From: Eledone cirrhosa
Taxonomy: Eukaryota
NCBI GenBank assembly: GCA_964016885.1
Contig: CAXHJY010001677.1
Coordinates: 207,626-271,625, forward strand
DNA length: 64,000 bases
Direction of reading: 5' to 3'
In this document: in pieces, positions 13,452-27,451 of the stretch
How the letters are laid out: each line of letters opens with the position of its first letter
Position numbering within the stretch: position 1 is the stretch's first letter
Position numbers and translations under genes: made by a program
The notes under the pieces: model-generated
Databases searched by the model: none
Told to the model about the DNA's origin: nothing
What the model saw: the letters and a program-made list of their open reading frames with translations, nothing else

Positions 13452-14010
13452 GACGCACTCTCCCGTCGATATCCGACGTATGAGTGTCTAACAAAAGTTC
13501 AGCTCTCTGAATGGCGGTGTCTCATGTGACATTTCAATCCCGCAAAAGCCCACCGGAAATGTGAAAAAGTGAACTGTTGTTGAACTATCCACACAAAGTT
13601 TTGTTTTAAGAGGTGAAGGCTTGGGTAGGACCAACGACAATATCTTCAGTGGCAAATGTTTGCCACGGAATATACAACGACAGCCCTCACGAAAGAAAAA
13701 AGAAAATACTATTTGAATGGCCGTTGACTCTGCTAAGTCTAAAGTCTGTCTTAAACTAGAAGGTTCATTTGGCCGGTACTTATCCCGGTTTTATCATGTT
13801 AAGCGACTGAGAATACAAGACTACCACCCTGGACAGGACGCCAGTCCATCACAGGATTAAAGCCCAAGATATTGCTGGTACTCATTTTCAGCTGAATATA
13901 CTTGAGCAGGATGAAATGAAGTGTTTTGCTCAAGAACACAACACTAAACCCAGGAATCGAACCCATGACGTTATGATCGTAAGTCCAACATCATTACCAC
14001 TAGGCCTCCA
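13452..14010 (-). mobile_element. tRNA-derived SINE, family C
   Basis: Minus strand: GGCCTAGTGGTAA (A box), GGTTCGATTCC (B box), GTGTTCTTGAGCAAAACACTT, CCTGTGATGGACTGGCGTCCTGTCCAGGG, ACCGGGATAAG (resembles conserved SINE central domains). The 3' boundary is approximate. Confidence 0.65.
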
Positions 14011-14689
14011 CATATGTGTGTGTGAGTGTGTACACACTTACATGTATATTACTGACTATTATCATTATTATTGTCTCCTAGCCTTTATAATTAATTAATT
14101 GATTAATTATTTATTGTTTGTTTGATAACCTAGTTGGGAACTTACTTTAGAGGCTGTGAATAAATTCCTTTGTTCACACATTTGAATTTTCCCGCCAAAG
14201 CCCGGATGTGAATCTTCCACTTTTCTTCAGAAAGAGCACGGGACACCGCTGCCAAAGTTGCTGCTACAGTACTTGGTAGTGGAGTTAATAAGCCACGCTA
14301 GTGGAAAACGGAACGAAACGCCTGTTGAGAAAGGAATAACTTCGTTCCACCTTAGGATAAATTACTGGCTTGCATGTTATGCAACTTGGAGGGTAGTTTT
14401 CGAATTCACAAAAACCAAGCGAAGATATTTATATATCTATTGATCAGGTCTAGGTTCGTCTTTAACCTGGTTGTACTTTCATGGTTGTGGTGGTTTTGTG
14501 GCAACATCTCTCCGGCTGCAATTTTCACTGTTCCACACTCCTAACGTATTATTATTACTCTGAGCTATGATTTATTAATTTATCGATATCACCTCATTGA
14601 GTGCTTTGTGCCAGCTTCAGATGATTGATTTCGAAAAATGCTAATCGCAACTGCAACTTTGATTATAAACATTATTATTATATATATAA

Positions 14690-14880
14690 GCGCGGTGGAT
14701 TGGCAGTATCGGTAGAGGGTTGGACGCCATGCTTTGCAACATGGAGTTACGGGCCTTTACGATCTGTGTTCAAATCCTGCCGAGGTTAACTTTGCCTTTC
14801 ATCCTTACGGGGTCGATAAAACAAAGTACCAGTAATGCACTGGGATAATTGCTAGCCTTGTGCCAAAGTAGAAACAATTA
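14690..14880 (+). mobile_element. SINE family A
   Basis: Same A/B boxes and GCCTTTCATCCTTACGGGGTCGATAAA domain as 361-543. Confidence 0.8.
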
Positions 14881-14894
14881 TTATATATATATAT

Positions 14895-15588
14895 TGGAAA
14901 AGTAAAAAACAATAACAAGGAGTACAGTTACGAAAAGTGTTTTTTGGGGTGGGTGGGGGGAGGATGTTTCGGGCATAAGCCTTTCATCAGGAGAGAGGTC
15001 GGAAGGAAAAGAGTTCAGAGAGGGTGTGAGGGGGAGTGGTGGAAAACATTAAAATAAAAGCATAAAAATTAAAATGAAGAAAATTAAAATGAAAACAAAT
15101 GGTGAAAGGGTGTGAGGTATGTAGAGCTGGTGGAGGGTAGATGGAAGGGGATAAGGAAATTTGGGGTCCGAGTGGGGAGGGTTGAAGGTGGTGTGTACGT
15201 TTCTGTGTATGCGTGGATGTGGCTGTGAGAGTTTGGTGGTGAACGAGGTTCCATGCTCGGGTATTAGGAAAACCAGTGTATACATGGGAGAGGTGTTTGT
15301 TTGCGTCTGGATGGAGATAGATCGGTAGGAGTGGGGGTTAGGGAGCGTGCGGAGGCCGGAGACAGAGTGGGTGTATTTTAGGATACGCACGTGTGTGTGT
15401 TTGTGTGGCGTGGATACGTAGGAATGTATGGTTGCGTGTGTGCGAAAATTGTGTGTGTGTGTGTGTGTGTGTTCCTGAATGTTTTTTTCCGGTGTGTGTG
15501 CGGACAGATGGTGAAAATCCGGGTATTATCTGGTAGATGTGCTAAAAGTGTGACCAGCGGTGTTGGATCCGTGGAATTGGTGAGGAGG
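14895..15588 (-). mobile_element. Probable PLE 3'/pLTR fragment (family 3) with HHR-like core at 14967-14990
   Basis: Flanked by (TA)n. Shares GTTTCGGGCATAAGCC.TTC.TCAGG.GAG..AGAGTTCA..GGTGTG..GGGGAGTGGTGGA with 60480-60560. Confidence 0.55.
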
Positions 15589-15619
15589 ATATATATATAT
15601 ATATATATACAAATATATA

Positions 15620-16511
15620 TGTTTCAAAAAATTAGATATCATTTGAGATGTAAATATCACAGAAACGACATAGTCAAAGCAAATGCTAAACAGGTTTAAT
15701 GTTTAGCAACATAAGATTTATTCCTCCAAATTTGAATGAGAAATACAAAGGTATGTGGATTCCATGAACGACTTCACAAATGTTCAATATGCGCACCGCC
15801 CGAGACACGGCACACGTCAAGTCGGTAGTCCAGCTCCTCCCAAACACGCTGCAGCATGTCTTGGGCAACAGTCTCCAGAGTTGTAGTGATTCTCTGTTTG
15901 AGTTCCTCTAGGTTTGCAGGAAGAGGTCCTACACATAGCCCCAGAGAAAAAAATCGCAAGTGTCAGGTCAGGTGAACGTGGCGGCCATTTCAGCAGCAGA
16001 TGGTCTTCATCACCAGTACGCCCGATCCATCTCCCTCACAGATTGTCATTGAGATAAGCCCGTACAGTGAGCTTCCAGTGGGGTGGATCCCCCGTCCTGT
16101 TGAAAAATAAAGTCTTCATGTTCATTTGCAATGACCTCATCCATTAGCCAGTTCTGAAGCATTTGCAGATAAACATCGCCGGTCACATTTCCCTCAAAGA
16201 AAAACGGGCCATGAAGATGCTTCTTGGAGATGGCGCAGAACACATCAGTTTTGGTTAGTCCCTCTCATTCTCAAATGTGGCAAGGAGATTTTCTTCGCCC
16301 CAAATGCGAACATTATGCTTATGGACTTCGCCATTCGTATGAAATGTGCCCTCATCATTTCGAGTGAATGCCATTACTATACCTGAAAAGATAAACATAT
16401 CAAACATTAAACATGAAATTTTGACCTGTTTCTACACAGGCTGTTAAAATTTGAAATCATTTGAACGGGAACTGGCAAAGTTATTACTGGCAAATATTTT
16501 AAAATACCCTG
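15620..16511 (-). mobile_element. Tc1/mariner-superfamily transposon remnant (internally deleted)
   Basis: FCAISKKHLHGPFFFEGNVTGDVYLQML..FIFQQDG, WPPRSPDLT, NLEELKQRI..MLQRVW..RLDVC...GAHIEHL. A TA|CAGGGT end is at 16513-16506. Confidence 0.85.
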
Positions 16512-16548
16512 TATATTGGAAAATGTGTGAGATCCTTTGTACAGTTAG

Positions 16549-16692
16549 ATATATTTAAAAAAAAGGAAAAGAATGACTTCACTTGTAGTGTTAAAAAAAT
16601 TGATTTCATTTTATAATATTATAATATTATAAAATGAAATCAAATTTTTTAACACTACAAATGAAGTCATTCTTTTCCCTTTTTTAATATAT
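16549..16692. repeat. Near-perfect ~140-bp palindrome
   Basis: AAAAAGGAAAAGAATGACTTCACTTGTAGTGTTAAAAAAATTGATTTCATTTTATAATATT is followed immediately by its reverse complement. Confidence 0.9.
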
Positions 16693-17303
16693 ATATATAT
16701 ATATATACATATCGTTCACTGAATACCTGGGGGACACTTTTCATTTGCGCTTGTACCCCATATCCTCGTACACGAAGCTAAGCAGTTTCTCATATGACCA
16801 TACGACGAAATGAAATATAAAGGCAACGATCATATTCGCTACCACCTTCTTTCTTTACACCCCCTTGTGACTGCTTCTATGCATGTGTGTATGTATGCAC
16901 AACATTTCGTACACAAATTTGTACATGCCCTACGATTGTCAGTTTGCGCGCACGCTAATTCAGACCTCAACAATCTTAGAACAGCCAGCCACGTCATGTT
17001 ACAAAGCCCATCCTTTAACTCTTCGCACAAACAAACATACACACGCATGCACGTGTTCACTTAAAATATACAATAATTACCTTTTTTCTAAACGCCCTTA
17101 ATACCTCACATACCCACTGACTACATTTTCTCCAAAAATAGCTGCCTGAATACGCACCTGCGTTTTTCTCTCAATATTTTTCTGTACCTTCCTCTTCCCA
17201 CTGTTTATATCATCTTTTATTCATATCATTCTATCTTCTGCTGAAGCACTAGCGTCCGTTAGGTAAAGTCTCCTTCCCTACTGTATCAATCGTTAATCTA
17301 ATA

Positions 17304-17362
17304 CAAAGGTTCTCAACGGGGGGCAAATGCACCCCCTGGGGCGTTTTGAAGTAAGGGGGCGT

Positions 17363-17396
<34 letters not shown>

Positions 17397-19300
17397 TGGA
17401 CGGCTCTTTACTTTGGTAAGTTTTATAAGCCATATTTGTATGTCTCTGAGACAGCCAGTATGAATGCATTTGAATGAGCATGCAAACAGCATAACTATGG
17501 TTTGACCGCAGCTGTAAGCAGGTGTGCAGGTGTGTCTAGACATTAACCGGCAATTGAGATCTTAAAAATGGAAAAAACCCACAGTCAACTGAGTCAAGGA
17601 TACTTTGAGCGCAGCCAGTTAGAATCTTGTCTTTCCTTCACCAATAACAATGTATTTCATGTCTGATATTATTGACTCAACCGTAACTAGTTAACACTAT
17701 GTGGATCTATTTTATTCCCTATTGTATAAATAATATTACAAAAAAAAAAAAAGAAAAGAAAAAACACAGAGCGGGTAGCACACACATCTAGGACCACATA
17801 CAACACATAATCAGTTAGTACACACATCTAGGACCACATACAGCACATAATCAGATAATACACACATAAGCAGGTAATACATACATCTAGGACCACATAC
17901 AACACACAAGCAGGTAATACATACAGGTGGGACCACATGCAATACATAAGCAGGTAATACATACATCTAGGACTACATACAACACACATTGTATCATGTA
18001 CTACGGACGACACAAGAGCAATGGTCGGCCAACATAAAGGTTTCGTCAGTCTTCTGAAGAGAGAAAATCTATCTGTATTTTCTGTTCATTGTGTCATTCA
18101 TCGACAACACTTGGCTGCGAAGAAACTCAGTGTGCCGCTGAGTATGTCCTTGCAGGTGGCCATTGATGTCATCAATTTTATCAAACGCCATTCCCTCAAT
18201 AAACGAACTTTTCGGCATCTGTGCCAAGATAATCACAAAGAATTCGTCAAGTTGCTCCTTCATACTGAAATGAGGTGGCTTTCAAAGAGCAAGTGCCTTA
18301 TTCATTTCTTTAAACTGTTCGACTCTATCATTGAGTTTCTTCGAGGACGTAACACAGAACTGTACAAGAAAACCCTCGATGTGAGGCAAGACTGCGCCTA
18401 CCACGCTAACATCTTTGACAAATGCAATAGCGTCATTATGGCCTTTTCAGGGAAAGAAAATCACTTTGCTTAAAGCTGTACAAGGAATGCTGTAAAAACA
18501 TTCCTGGCCAAATTGAATGTCATCGAAAGGAATCTTTGTTGATGGGAATTCTATAATTTTCCTAGTGTCGCCAATGTTCAAAACATTGTAAGCGATGACC
18601 AACTCCAAATTTATACCGCTCACCTCCGTGCACTACAAGACAACACGGTTTGTTGACTTTTTTACTGATGGACATCCCAATGTGGATAGCAGATCCCTTC
18701 ATAGCTACCGTCAACGATTTGGACGTTAAATTTCAGGAATAATTCATTGAACTTCAAGCAGATGACATGATCAAAATTAGATTTCCCTAAATAGGTGAAC
18801 CCCTTTTTTTGGATGCAAAAGGAAATTCAGCGTCGATTTCCACTCCTACAAGCAGAGGCTAAGAGATTTGCTCTGCCTTTTCCAAGCTCATACTTAGTTG
18901 ACAGGAGGTTTGGTGCTATTTCCAGACTGCACAGTAAGTCTTGCAACCAATACAATGTAATTACACGTGGAGATCACTGGCTACATCTTACGAAAATTCA
19001 GCCTCACGACAAAAAGTTAGCTAGTGGAGATCGCTGGGTACATCTTACGAAAATTCAGCCTCACGTCAAAGAGTTAGCTAGACTCTATGAAGCTCAAGGG
19101 TTCCATTGAAATGAGGTCAAAGTTAAAGTAAGTTGATTTATCCGAAAAACTTGGATATGCTATTGTTACAAAGCAAACTAACAATTTTTTTTATTTGTAG
19201 TTTCAGTCTGACTGGACTGGAAACCATCTACTACAATTCAGTTACTCATCTTGTTGTATATATTTTACCATTTACTAAAAAAATATACCCTCTTATATAG
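17304..19300 (+). mobile_element. hAT (Buster/Charlie, ZBED5/8-like) transposon remnant
   Basis: Left end CAAAGGTTCTCAAC preceded by ATCTAATA (nnnTAnnn). Transposase fragments TD...AMVGQHKGFVSLLK..VHCVIHRQHLAAK..LLHTEMRWLSK and ALPFPSSYLVDRRFGAI..RGD..LHLTKIQP..QGFH. Right TIR not found. Confidence 0.8.
17778..17990. repeat. Minisatellite of ~38-bp units (CACACATCTAGGACCACATACAACACATAAGCAGGTAATA) inside the hAT remnant
   Basis: About 5-6 degenerate copies directly visible. Confidence 0.8.
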
Positions 19301-19539
19301 TCATGAAAACCATCTTCCATGGTCTCTAAGCTCACAAAGCGGAGGGGACATCAAGTTAGATATCAACATTTATTCTGTCTGTTTTCAATAAAGGGAAAAT
19401 TGGAAAGGTTTGAAATGATATAATTGCCACTTTCTTCTAGATAAGACCACTCTTTGGATAGACAGAGTTGCTTTTGTATAAAATATTCAAAATAGCTGGT
19501 ATCGCCTGGTGGGAATATAACAAATTCAACTGGTCCTTC

Positions 19540-19975
19540 AGCAGCACCGTTTTACGTCCGTTCTTCCACGCTAGCATGGGTTAGACGGGTTGTGCTGTTC
19601 TGGGGCAGAGTCCGGTTGGCTGACATTGTCTTGCTCATACAGGAACTTATTCTGGCTTGATTTCTACAGCTGGATGCCCTTCATAACACCAACCTCATTT
19701 ACAGTGAGTGCTGGGTGCTTTTTTTCCGTGGTGCCTCACGTCCACTTTTTACAGTGTGGGCTGGGTGCTTTTTTTGCCGTGGCACCTCCACGACCACTTT
19801 GCAGTGGAATGATAGGGATCCCAGTTCTATCATCTCATTTATACAGCTGAGTAAACTGAGTACAGCAATGTGACATAAAAGTGGTTTTGCTCAAGGAAAT
19901 AACACATCACCAGGTCCGAGAATTGAACTCACAAACATTTCGATTGCAAGCCCAATGCTCTAACCACTAAGTCGA
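19540..19975 (-). mobile_element. SINE family B, near full length
   Basis: Minus-strand head CTTAGTGGTTAGAGCATTGGGCTTGCAATCG..GAGTTCAATTCTCGG matches 63185+. RTE-type tail at 19545-19590. Confidence 0.8.
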
Positions 19976-21229
19976 ATTATTAATGTAATTTTATGTGTGT
20001 ATTAGTGTATAGCTTTCCGTTGTGCTATATGGATTGAGAAAAGACAACACCAAAAATGAAGTGTTTAATAAACAGAATCTCATCATTTTCGAAGACAATA
20101 GAGTTGTTTCCCTTTACCCTCGTTACATTAAGGGAACCACAGGTGCAGTCAAAGATCGTAACTCTTTTGCTGTCTAATTGCATGCTCTACAAGTATACAC
20201 ATTTTGTGAGATTAGTTGAGTTTATGCGGTTATTAGTCTGTGAATGTGTTTATGCTTTTGTATGCATACTCTTGTATGACTGTGTATGTCCGTGTGTGGT
20301 AAAACACAGGGCTTGGAATCGACGCATGCAAGAGATAATCATGTTTGGCAGTCAAAGCTGGCTTACTTCCGACTGTGGCCAGAGGAAGAGTGGGTGGGAT
20401 AGATGTGTGTGTCGCACTAAGAACGGAAATGGTGTAGGGTGAAGGTGTGGTGATGCAGAATGAACATGAAATGTGTTACGAGTGTCACTCTGAGGGCGAC
20501 ATTTTGTGCCTATTTGTGATGGTAGTGGTAGTGAGTGTATTGTGACTTATATGAAAAGAAGTGTAGTTAAGTATAATGCTTAAGTTGATCTTGTTAGAAT
20601 GATTAGTTAGTTAATTAGTAGTGTTAAGAAAATTAAATGCGATGTACCAGTCAGTGGTCGCGTTGGTGTCTACGTCCGCCGAGATGACCCAGGAATGTAT
20701 GAGTTGCAATCTCTACAATCTCTTCACCTCAAACATATGCCCTCCTATATCTCACATGCGGCATATTCATGGTGAAAGTCAATCGACGCCCTCCATTACA
20801 TTAAAAAATATCTGTAAATCCACAATTCCTAACACAATATCCAAAATCATTATGATACGTGCATGTAAACGTTTCAGACCTGGTATTTAAGCAGTCATCG
20901 ATGATAACGTAGGATATGTTGAATAGATGCGTTGAAAGAATCTCAGGATTATTCATGCAATTCTTTTCTCAAATATAGCTTTGTCTGTAACTAATACATC
21001 TTTTAAACTTATGTATCTTTTAAAAAGATTCATACAAAGAACTAAACAACACTGTATATATTGCCAGATGGAATGATGAAACTGAGACATCAAAGTCACT
21101 GTCACTTATTTATTTATAAAATATATTTTTACACTCTACCCATTCAGTTAATGTTTAATGTTTCAAATACTAGAGTATTTTAAACACATATTCTAATAGA
21201 GATGTGTGAGCCTGTGTATTTTAGAAACA

Positions 21230-21475
21230 TATATATTCATATGTGTATATGTGTGTATATACACACACACACACACATATATAGTAAATATACATACATA
21301 TATATTATATAATATATATATATAATATATTATATATTATACATATAGCTGCACATACACACACAATCATTTGCCTGAATATATACTAATATATATATAT
21401 ATATTAGTATATATTCAGGCAAATGATCATGTGTGTACGTGTAGATATATGTATTTTATATGTGTGTATGTATAC

Positions 21476-21510
<35 letters not shown>

Positions 21511-21560
21511 TGGGTATTGTATGTATGTATGTATATTATATGTAGATATATGTATTTATA

Positions 21561-21599
<39 letters not shown>

Positions 21600-21750
21600 C
21601 TATATATGATAGATATATGTACTGTTATATATATGAAGATATATGTATGTATGTAGTATATATATGTATGTATATGTATGTATGTATATATATGTAGATA
21701 TATGTATGTACGTAATATATGTAGATATATATATATGTAGATATATATAT

Positions 21751-21790
<40 letters not shown>

Positions 21791-22210
21791 ATATGTATAT
21801 ATATGTATGTATGTAGTTATATGTATGTATGCATATATATGTAGATATATATTATATATGTATATATATATATATATATGTATATATATTATATGTATAT
21901 ATTATATATATGTATATACTATATATATACTATATATATATGTATATATAAATATATGTATATATGTATATATGTATATATATATGTATATATATATGTA
22001 TATATATATATGTATATATATATGTATATATGTATATATATATGTATATATATATATGTATATATATATATGTATATATATATATGTATATATATATATG
22101 TATATATATATATATACTAATATATATATATATATATACTAATATACTAATATATATATATATACTAATATATATATATATACTAATATATATATATATA
22201 TATATATATA

Positions 22211-22269
<59 letters not shown>

Positions 22270-22312
22270 GTACATATATATATATGTATATATACATATG
22301 TATATATATATG

Positions 22313-22345
<33 letters not shown>

Positions 22346-22368
22346 GTATATATATGTATATATATATG

Positions 22369-22399
<31 letters not shown>

Positions 22400-22434
22400 G
22401 TATATATATATGTATATATATGTATATATATATG

Positions 22435-22465
<31 letters not shown>

Positions 22466-22472
22466 GTATATT

Positions 22473-22503
<31 letters not shown>

Positions 22504-22566
22504 GTATATTTATATATATGTATATATATGTATATATATTTATATAAATATATATATATATATACT

Positions 22567-22606
<40 letters not shown>

Positions 22607-22676
22607 CTAATATATATATATGTATATATATATATATACTAATATATATATATGTATATATATATATATACTACTA

Positions 22677-22711
<35 letters not shown>

Positions 22712-22733
22712 CTAATATATATATATATATTAG

Positions 22734-22780
<47 letters not shown>

Positions 22781-22852
22781 ATATATTAGTATATACATAT
22801 ATATATATATTTATATATGTATATATATATTTATATATATATATATGTATGT
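21230..22852. repeat. ~1.6-kb (TA)n/(TATG)n/(TA)nCTAA compound array, including a palindrome at 21340-21455
   Basis: Directly visible. Confidence 0.95.
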
Positions 22853-23515
22853 AAGTGTTGTTATTTATGGTTATGGCATTTATAATTACTGACTGAATAA
22901 TCCTCACTGATTGTGTGAACTTTGTGTGCAATGTACATTACACTGCTTGCCTGATGATAACAACTTTAAAATACGTGTCTACAACACTTCACATTTTCAA
23001 TGATCAGTGCTAGTTGTGAAATCAATTATTTTTAGAGGTGAAGCTACTACCAGCATAGTCTACAATTTTATCAAGATTGAAGATTTTCAGTAACTACTGT
23101 CTTTGATAACAACCAAAAGATCCTACCCCACCTCTCTCTAAATTCACGTATCTCTCTATCTATCTATATTTTTATCTATTATTTCGCTGGATTCAGTAAT
23201 TAGGTAGTGGCCTTGCTGGAATACCACTTTCAGTTGACTATATGAAGCACAGCACATATCTTATCAATTCTGATGATTATTTTATCAATCCCTTTTTGTT
23301 GAATTTCTAATTAGGGGAAATAAACATAAAAACATATGTAAAAACAGATAGATAAACAGACGTACACATACCATATTTATAACACATTTGAGCATAGGCA
23401 TTCTCAATCAGCACTGATCTGCAACTAAACCCCAAGACGAATTTGGGCATATATATATATCATCATGATTTGCTAGATTTGATAAAATGAGTACGAGGGT
23501 CAATATATAGACTTA

Positions 23516-23683
23516 ACGTATTTCCCGGCGTAGAAGACGTTACTTTTTCCCTAAAATAAGTCCCAAAAATCTACCATGCATCCTCGAGGCTGAAGTTTGT
23601 TTATTATTTTTTTTCAAATTTTTGGTTGTCAAAATTAGGGTGCGTCCTCGAGGACAAATCGTCTTCGGCGCCAGGAATTACGG
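23516..23683. mobile_element. Tc1/mariner-pogo (Tc2-like) MITE
   Basis: TA|ACGTATTTCCCGGCGTAGAAGACG ... CGTCTTCGGCGCCAGGAATTACGG|TA: imperfect TIRs and a TA TSD. Confidence 0.7.
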
Positions 23684-24699
23684 TAAGTCATTTGATACTG
23701 AGATAGTGTATTTCCTTAGAAATTGGTCACAAAAAGGTTAAGTCCTGTTTTTAAATGATTTGAAATATATAACCATGATAATTGGAATATGGTATGGTAG
23801 ACAGAGCTCTTTCGTCTTACCAAGGATGTTACAAGCTCTCCAGTACTAATGTCATGATAAAATGCACGTAAAACACAATGCAAAATGTTGCTGGTGTTAG
23901 GAAATGCTCTGAGCTGTAGGAAACAAGAATTGGGACATATGAGTGGGATGCGATTTCTCTGACCGGTATAAGAATACTAGTACCACATTACATCCCAAAA
24001 AGTACATCCCAAAAAGTGGTTTTGAGATAGTAAAGGCTTCAAACTTTAGAAACCATGCCAAAATCTAGGTACAAGTGAGATGTGGTCTCAGACCCATTTA
24101 GGAGGGTACTAATTCCGTACAAGAAATTACTTAAACAGTAATAACCAATTGCCTGTATAGAAAGCAGATGTAAAATGATGGTGATGGAAAAAATTCATTG
24201 AGTACATAGAAACTCCTTTGCTAGCATATGTGAAAGCTCCAATGGCAATGATATTTAAATGTATATTTCTAAATATTTTTGTGTAATAAGTTTTACTAAA
24301 AGCAGCTTTCTAAGGAACAGGCTAAACATAGCTTTAAAAATTAGATTTGTGTTCATAAAATTATATGCATTATAACCATCCTACATTCTTATAAAGAACT
24401 TCTATGTCATCTCTCCATACATTTGTATGAATGAATCCAAATTACAGGCTTGGTGTATATTTGTAGTATTCTTAGGGCTATTGTAATATCATTGAGAAGA
24501 GACATAGACATAGCTTGTTAAAATACTCAAAATGTAGTTGGTGTATTTCTTCTCGTTCTTGTTTTTCTTCTTTTCTCCTCCTCTCCTTCATCCCTCCTCA
24601 TCTCCTTCCTACTCATCTTTCTCTCTACCTTCACAAGATAGCAACAGTCAAAACAAAAAAGAAAGATAAGTATAACTATTATCATGATATCATCACCAC

Positions 24700-25260
24700 C
24701 ATTATTATTGTTGTTGTTGTTATTATTAGCATGGGAAAAAAGGACATAAAAGGATGATTTGTGACATTGTGAATCCTGGCATGGCTTGTATGTTTTTGTT
24801 GATAATCTTTTTTATCATACTTACTGTTCCAATTATTAGTGGCTCTCTTTTCACCTTCATGCTTGATGTTGTTTACTTGCATTTCAACATCCTTGTAATA
24901 TAACCTTTTCTATTTCTATTTTTTGGGGTGTATGTGTGTGTGTGTGGGGGGGAGCATTTTGGTCAGAAGAGATTGTGGTGTCTATCATTGTGGTGCATGT
25001 ATTTTTGTTAGCGTCTATATCTCAACAGTTTGCCTTGATCTCCTTGTCAGGTTGGATGGCTATATTGCTGGTGATTGTGATATAATCATTGTCATATACA
25101 GTGTTTCTGTTTTGGTTATATCACTTGTCCATTTTCACATCAAGGTTTGGTATAATGTTCAGTGCATATAGCTGACAACTTAGTTGTATCTATGTATATT
25201 TCCTACATACATTGATATCCAAGACTGCATTACCACAATCTTGACCAGTCATTCTTACAA
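24700..25260 (-). mobile_element. Degraded Dong/R4-type LINE 3' fragment
   Basis: Remnants similar to the RLE region of 37.6-38.4k (IAIQPDKEIKAN..DI, PLIIGTVSMIKK), ending in an (AAT/AAC)n tail. Confidence 0.45.
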
Positions 25261-25932
25261 ACACTACTGCATGGTAGTGAGACATGGGTAATGAATGCAG
25301 AGGCTGGAGAGGAATAAGGCAAGCATGCTTCGATGGATGTGCAATGTTAACATGTGAGAATGACAAATAATGGATGAACTGAGGGAGAAACTGGGTATAA
25401 GAGAAATCAGAAGTAGGGTGTAGGAGAGGTGACAACTTTGGTATGGACATGTGATGTGAATAGAAAAATAAGAAGGAATATTTGGTAAATAGGCAGCATC
25501 CTACCTTTTGCTTTATCCTTTTTTAAAGCTTATTTTACCTACAGTTGGCTTTCTCTATGTAATTTGTTTAATTTTATTTTATTTACTTATCTTTGTATAT
25601 CTTGTTTTTTGTTTCTCAACTGTAAGAAGTACTAGGTATTTCCCCTAGCTTGTCACAGCTTATTAGCTCTATATAGATATTTAAATTTATTAAATAAATA
25701 AATTGGTTGTCGGCCTCAGATAGGTGCATTACAGAACCAATTTTATATAAATCTGTATAATTGAATTAAATATATAATAATTTCCTGTGATCCATAAACA
25801 AATCACTAAATATCTTTGCTGCATAGCAGTGTTGTAGACAATACCAGGTTAGTAATTGTTTAGTTTGATCAAAGCAAGTAGTATCAAAAGTTCATTCATT
25901 ACCTTACTAAACAGTAACTTGAAGTTAGAGTA

Positions 25933-26274
25933 CTCTTGGATCTCGAATAATGGTTGCCCCATGTTTATAAATTGTTTAGATATTTTCCACCCCCACCCCC
26001 CTCGTGCTCCCATTCCACCTCCCTTATTAAATCTTGCTAATCTATCTTCAGCAAAATTTTATTTTAAGTGATAGCATTCCTGTGACAATTAATTTTCTTT
26101 AGACATTAAAAGACGAAAGAGAATTTTACTAGAAATCCCTTACATTATAAAATAAATAGGATGAGGTGGAGTCTCAATATGTAAACTAAATTACTAATTT
26201 TTTTTTTAAATCAAGGCAGACAACCTAGAAACATTACAGATTCCAACCCCCACCTATTATTTGGGACCCAAGAG
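25933..26274. mobile_element. MITE with TA TSD
   Basis: TA|CTCTTGGATCTCGAATAAT ... ATTATTTGGGACCCAAGAG|TA. Confidence 0.6.
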
Positions 26275-27109
26275 TATTTCATTTGGGAGAATGGGGGTAC
26301 ACATTGTAGGAATGTCATAGGGCATTAAACATCCATGGACTTGCTCTGGATAAACAAGAAACAAAGTAGAACAGACAGAAAATATGTATTGAAAGTAATG
26401 ACAATACAAAAGATTTGTTGTTCTTTAAATCTCAATTGAAGTTGTAAAGAGTTACAAAATAAAATTTGGGTGCAACAAGATGTTGTAATTGACTGCAGTT
26501 GATTTCAACAATAAGTATTCCAGTTGTTCAAATAACAGAAGATCCTTCTGGCACTGTTTTCAAGTATTTAGAGAATCATATCAACCTCAGTACTTATTTC
26601 AATCTGGTACTTACTTTATCAGTTTCTGTTTGCTTGAGTGATGTGTGATAGGGCATAAAGGGACACTACATAAACTCAACACAGTCAATTGAAAATTGAA
26701 ACGTCGTCCATCAATTTTGATATTTAGTGTTCCATTATTCTGATCATGAAATTAATAAGCAAGTTGCTGAGTACTCTGCAGGCATATGTACCTTTAATGT
26801 AATCCCAGAAAGATTCAGCATGGTGCAGTGTAACAAAATTGGCCCTTTGAATTACATGCACAGGCCATCTGACAATTGTTGAAATAATAATAATGAAAAT
26901 TATTGTGTACATTTCCCAGGTGGACTACAACTAATCAAAGGTGCATGTATAGTACATAGAATAATGTACAAATGTCAGGAAAGTGAATAGTGCATATTTC
27001 AGGATATACACACAGATACATGTGCATATGTGTATGGAGGGGGAATAGCAGGTGTAGTGTTGGTGAATATCTTAGTTTGTTTAAAATCTAAAAACAATGA
27101 AAGAGAGAC

Positions 27110-27451
27110 TCAGACTCAGAAGCTCCCGCGTCTTGCGACGCATGAGGCAATCATAGTGTTCCATCGCGTTCGGTCAGCAGCCAGTTGCACAGCATCCCGC
27201 CATTGTTTGTTTGTCGCTTGCAGGTCCCTCTCAACTGTCTGGCGCCAGTTCATATTGGGTCGCCTTCTCCGTCTGCTTCCCTGCGGGCTCCATTTAAGTA
27301 CTTGGTTCGCCAGTCTCTCTGGGGGAAGTCTCAAAGCGTGTCCAAACCAGCCCAGGTATTGCTTGCAGATGGTAGAAGAGACTAGCTGCTGGTTGGTGCG
27401 GTTCCTGACTTCCTGGTTTGTTACATGGTCACTCCATTTAATCCCCTGCAA
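27110..27451 (-). mobile_element. RTE-clade LINE 3' end with target-site duplication
   Basis: GIKWSDHVTNQEV...LGWFGHALRLPPERLANQVLKWSPQGSRRRRRPNMNWRQTVERDL..DRTRW. (CTGAGT)n tail. TSD AATGAAAGAGAGAC at 27096-27109 and 27452-27465. Confidence 0.9.

Noticed and set aside
17778-17990. CRISPR-like regular repeats (also the SINE B internal repeats)
   Set aside because: Tandem degenerate units with no unique spacers, eukaryotic context and no cas genes
18021-18473. Domesticated ZBED/GTF2IRD2-type host gene (also 46762-48457)
   Set aside because: Multiple stops and frameshifts, plus TIR(s), indicate dead transposons.
20056-20890. ORFs 20056-20442 and 20621-20890 as host exons
   Set aside because: No recognisable protein motifs or convincing splice structure
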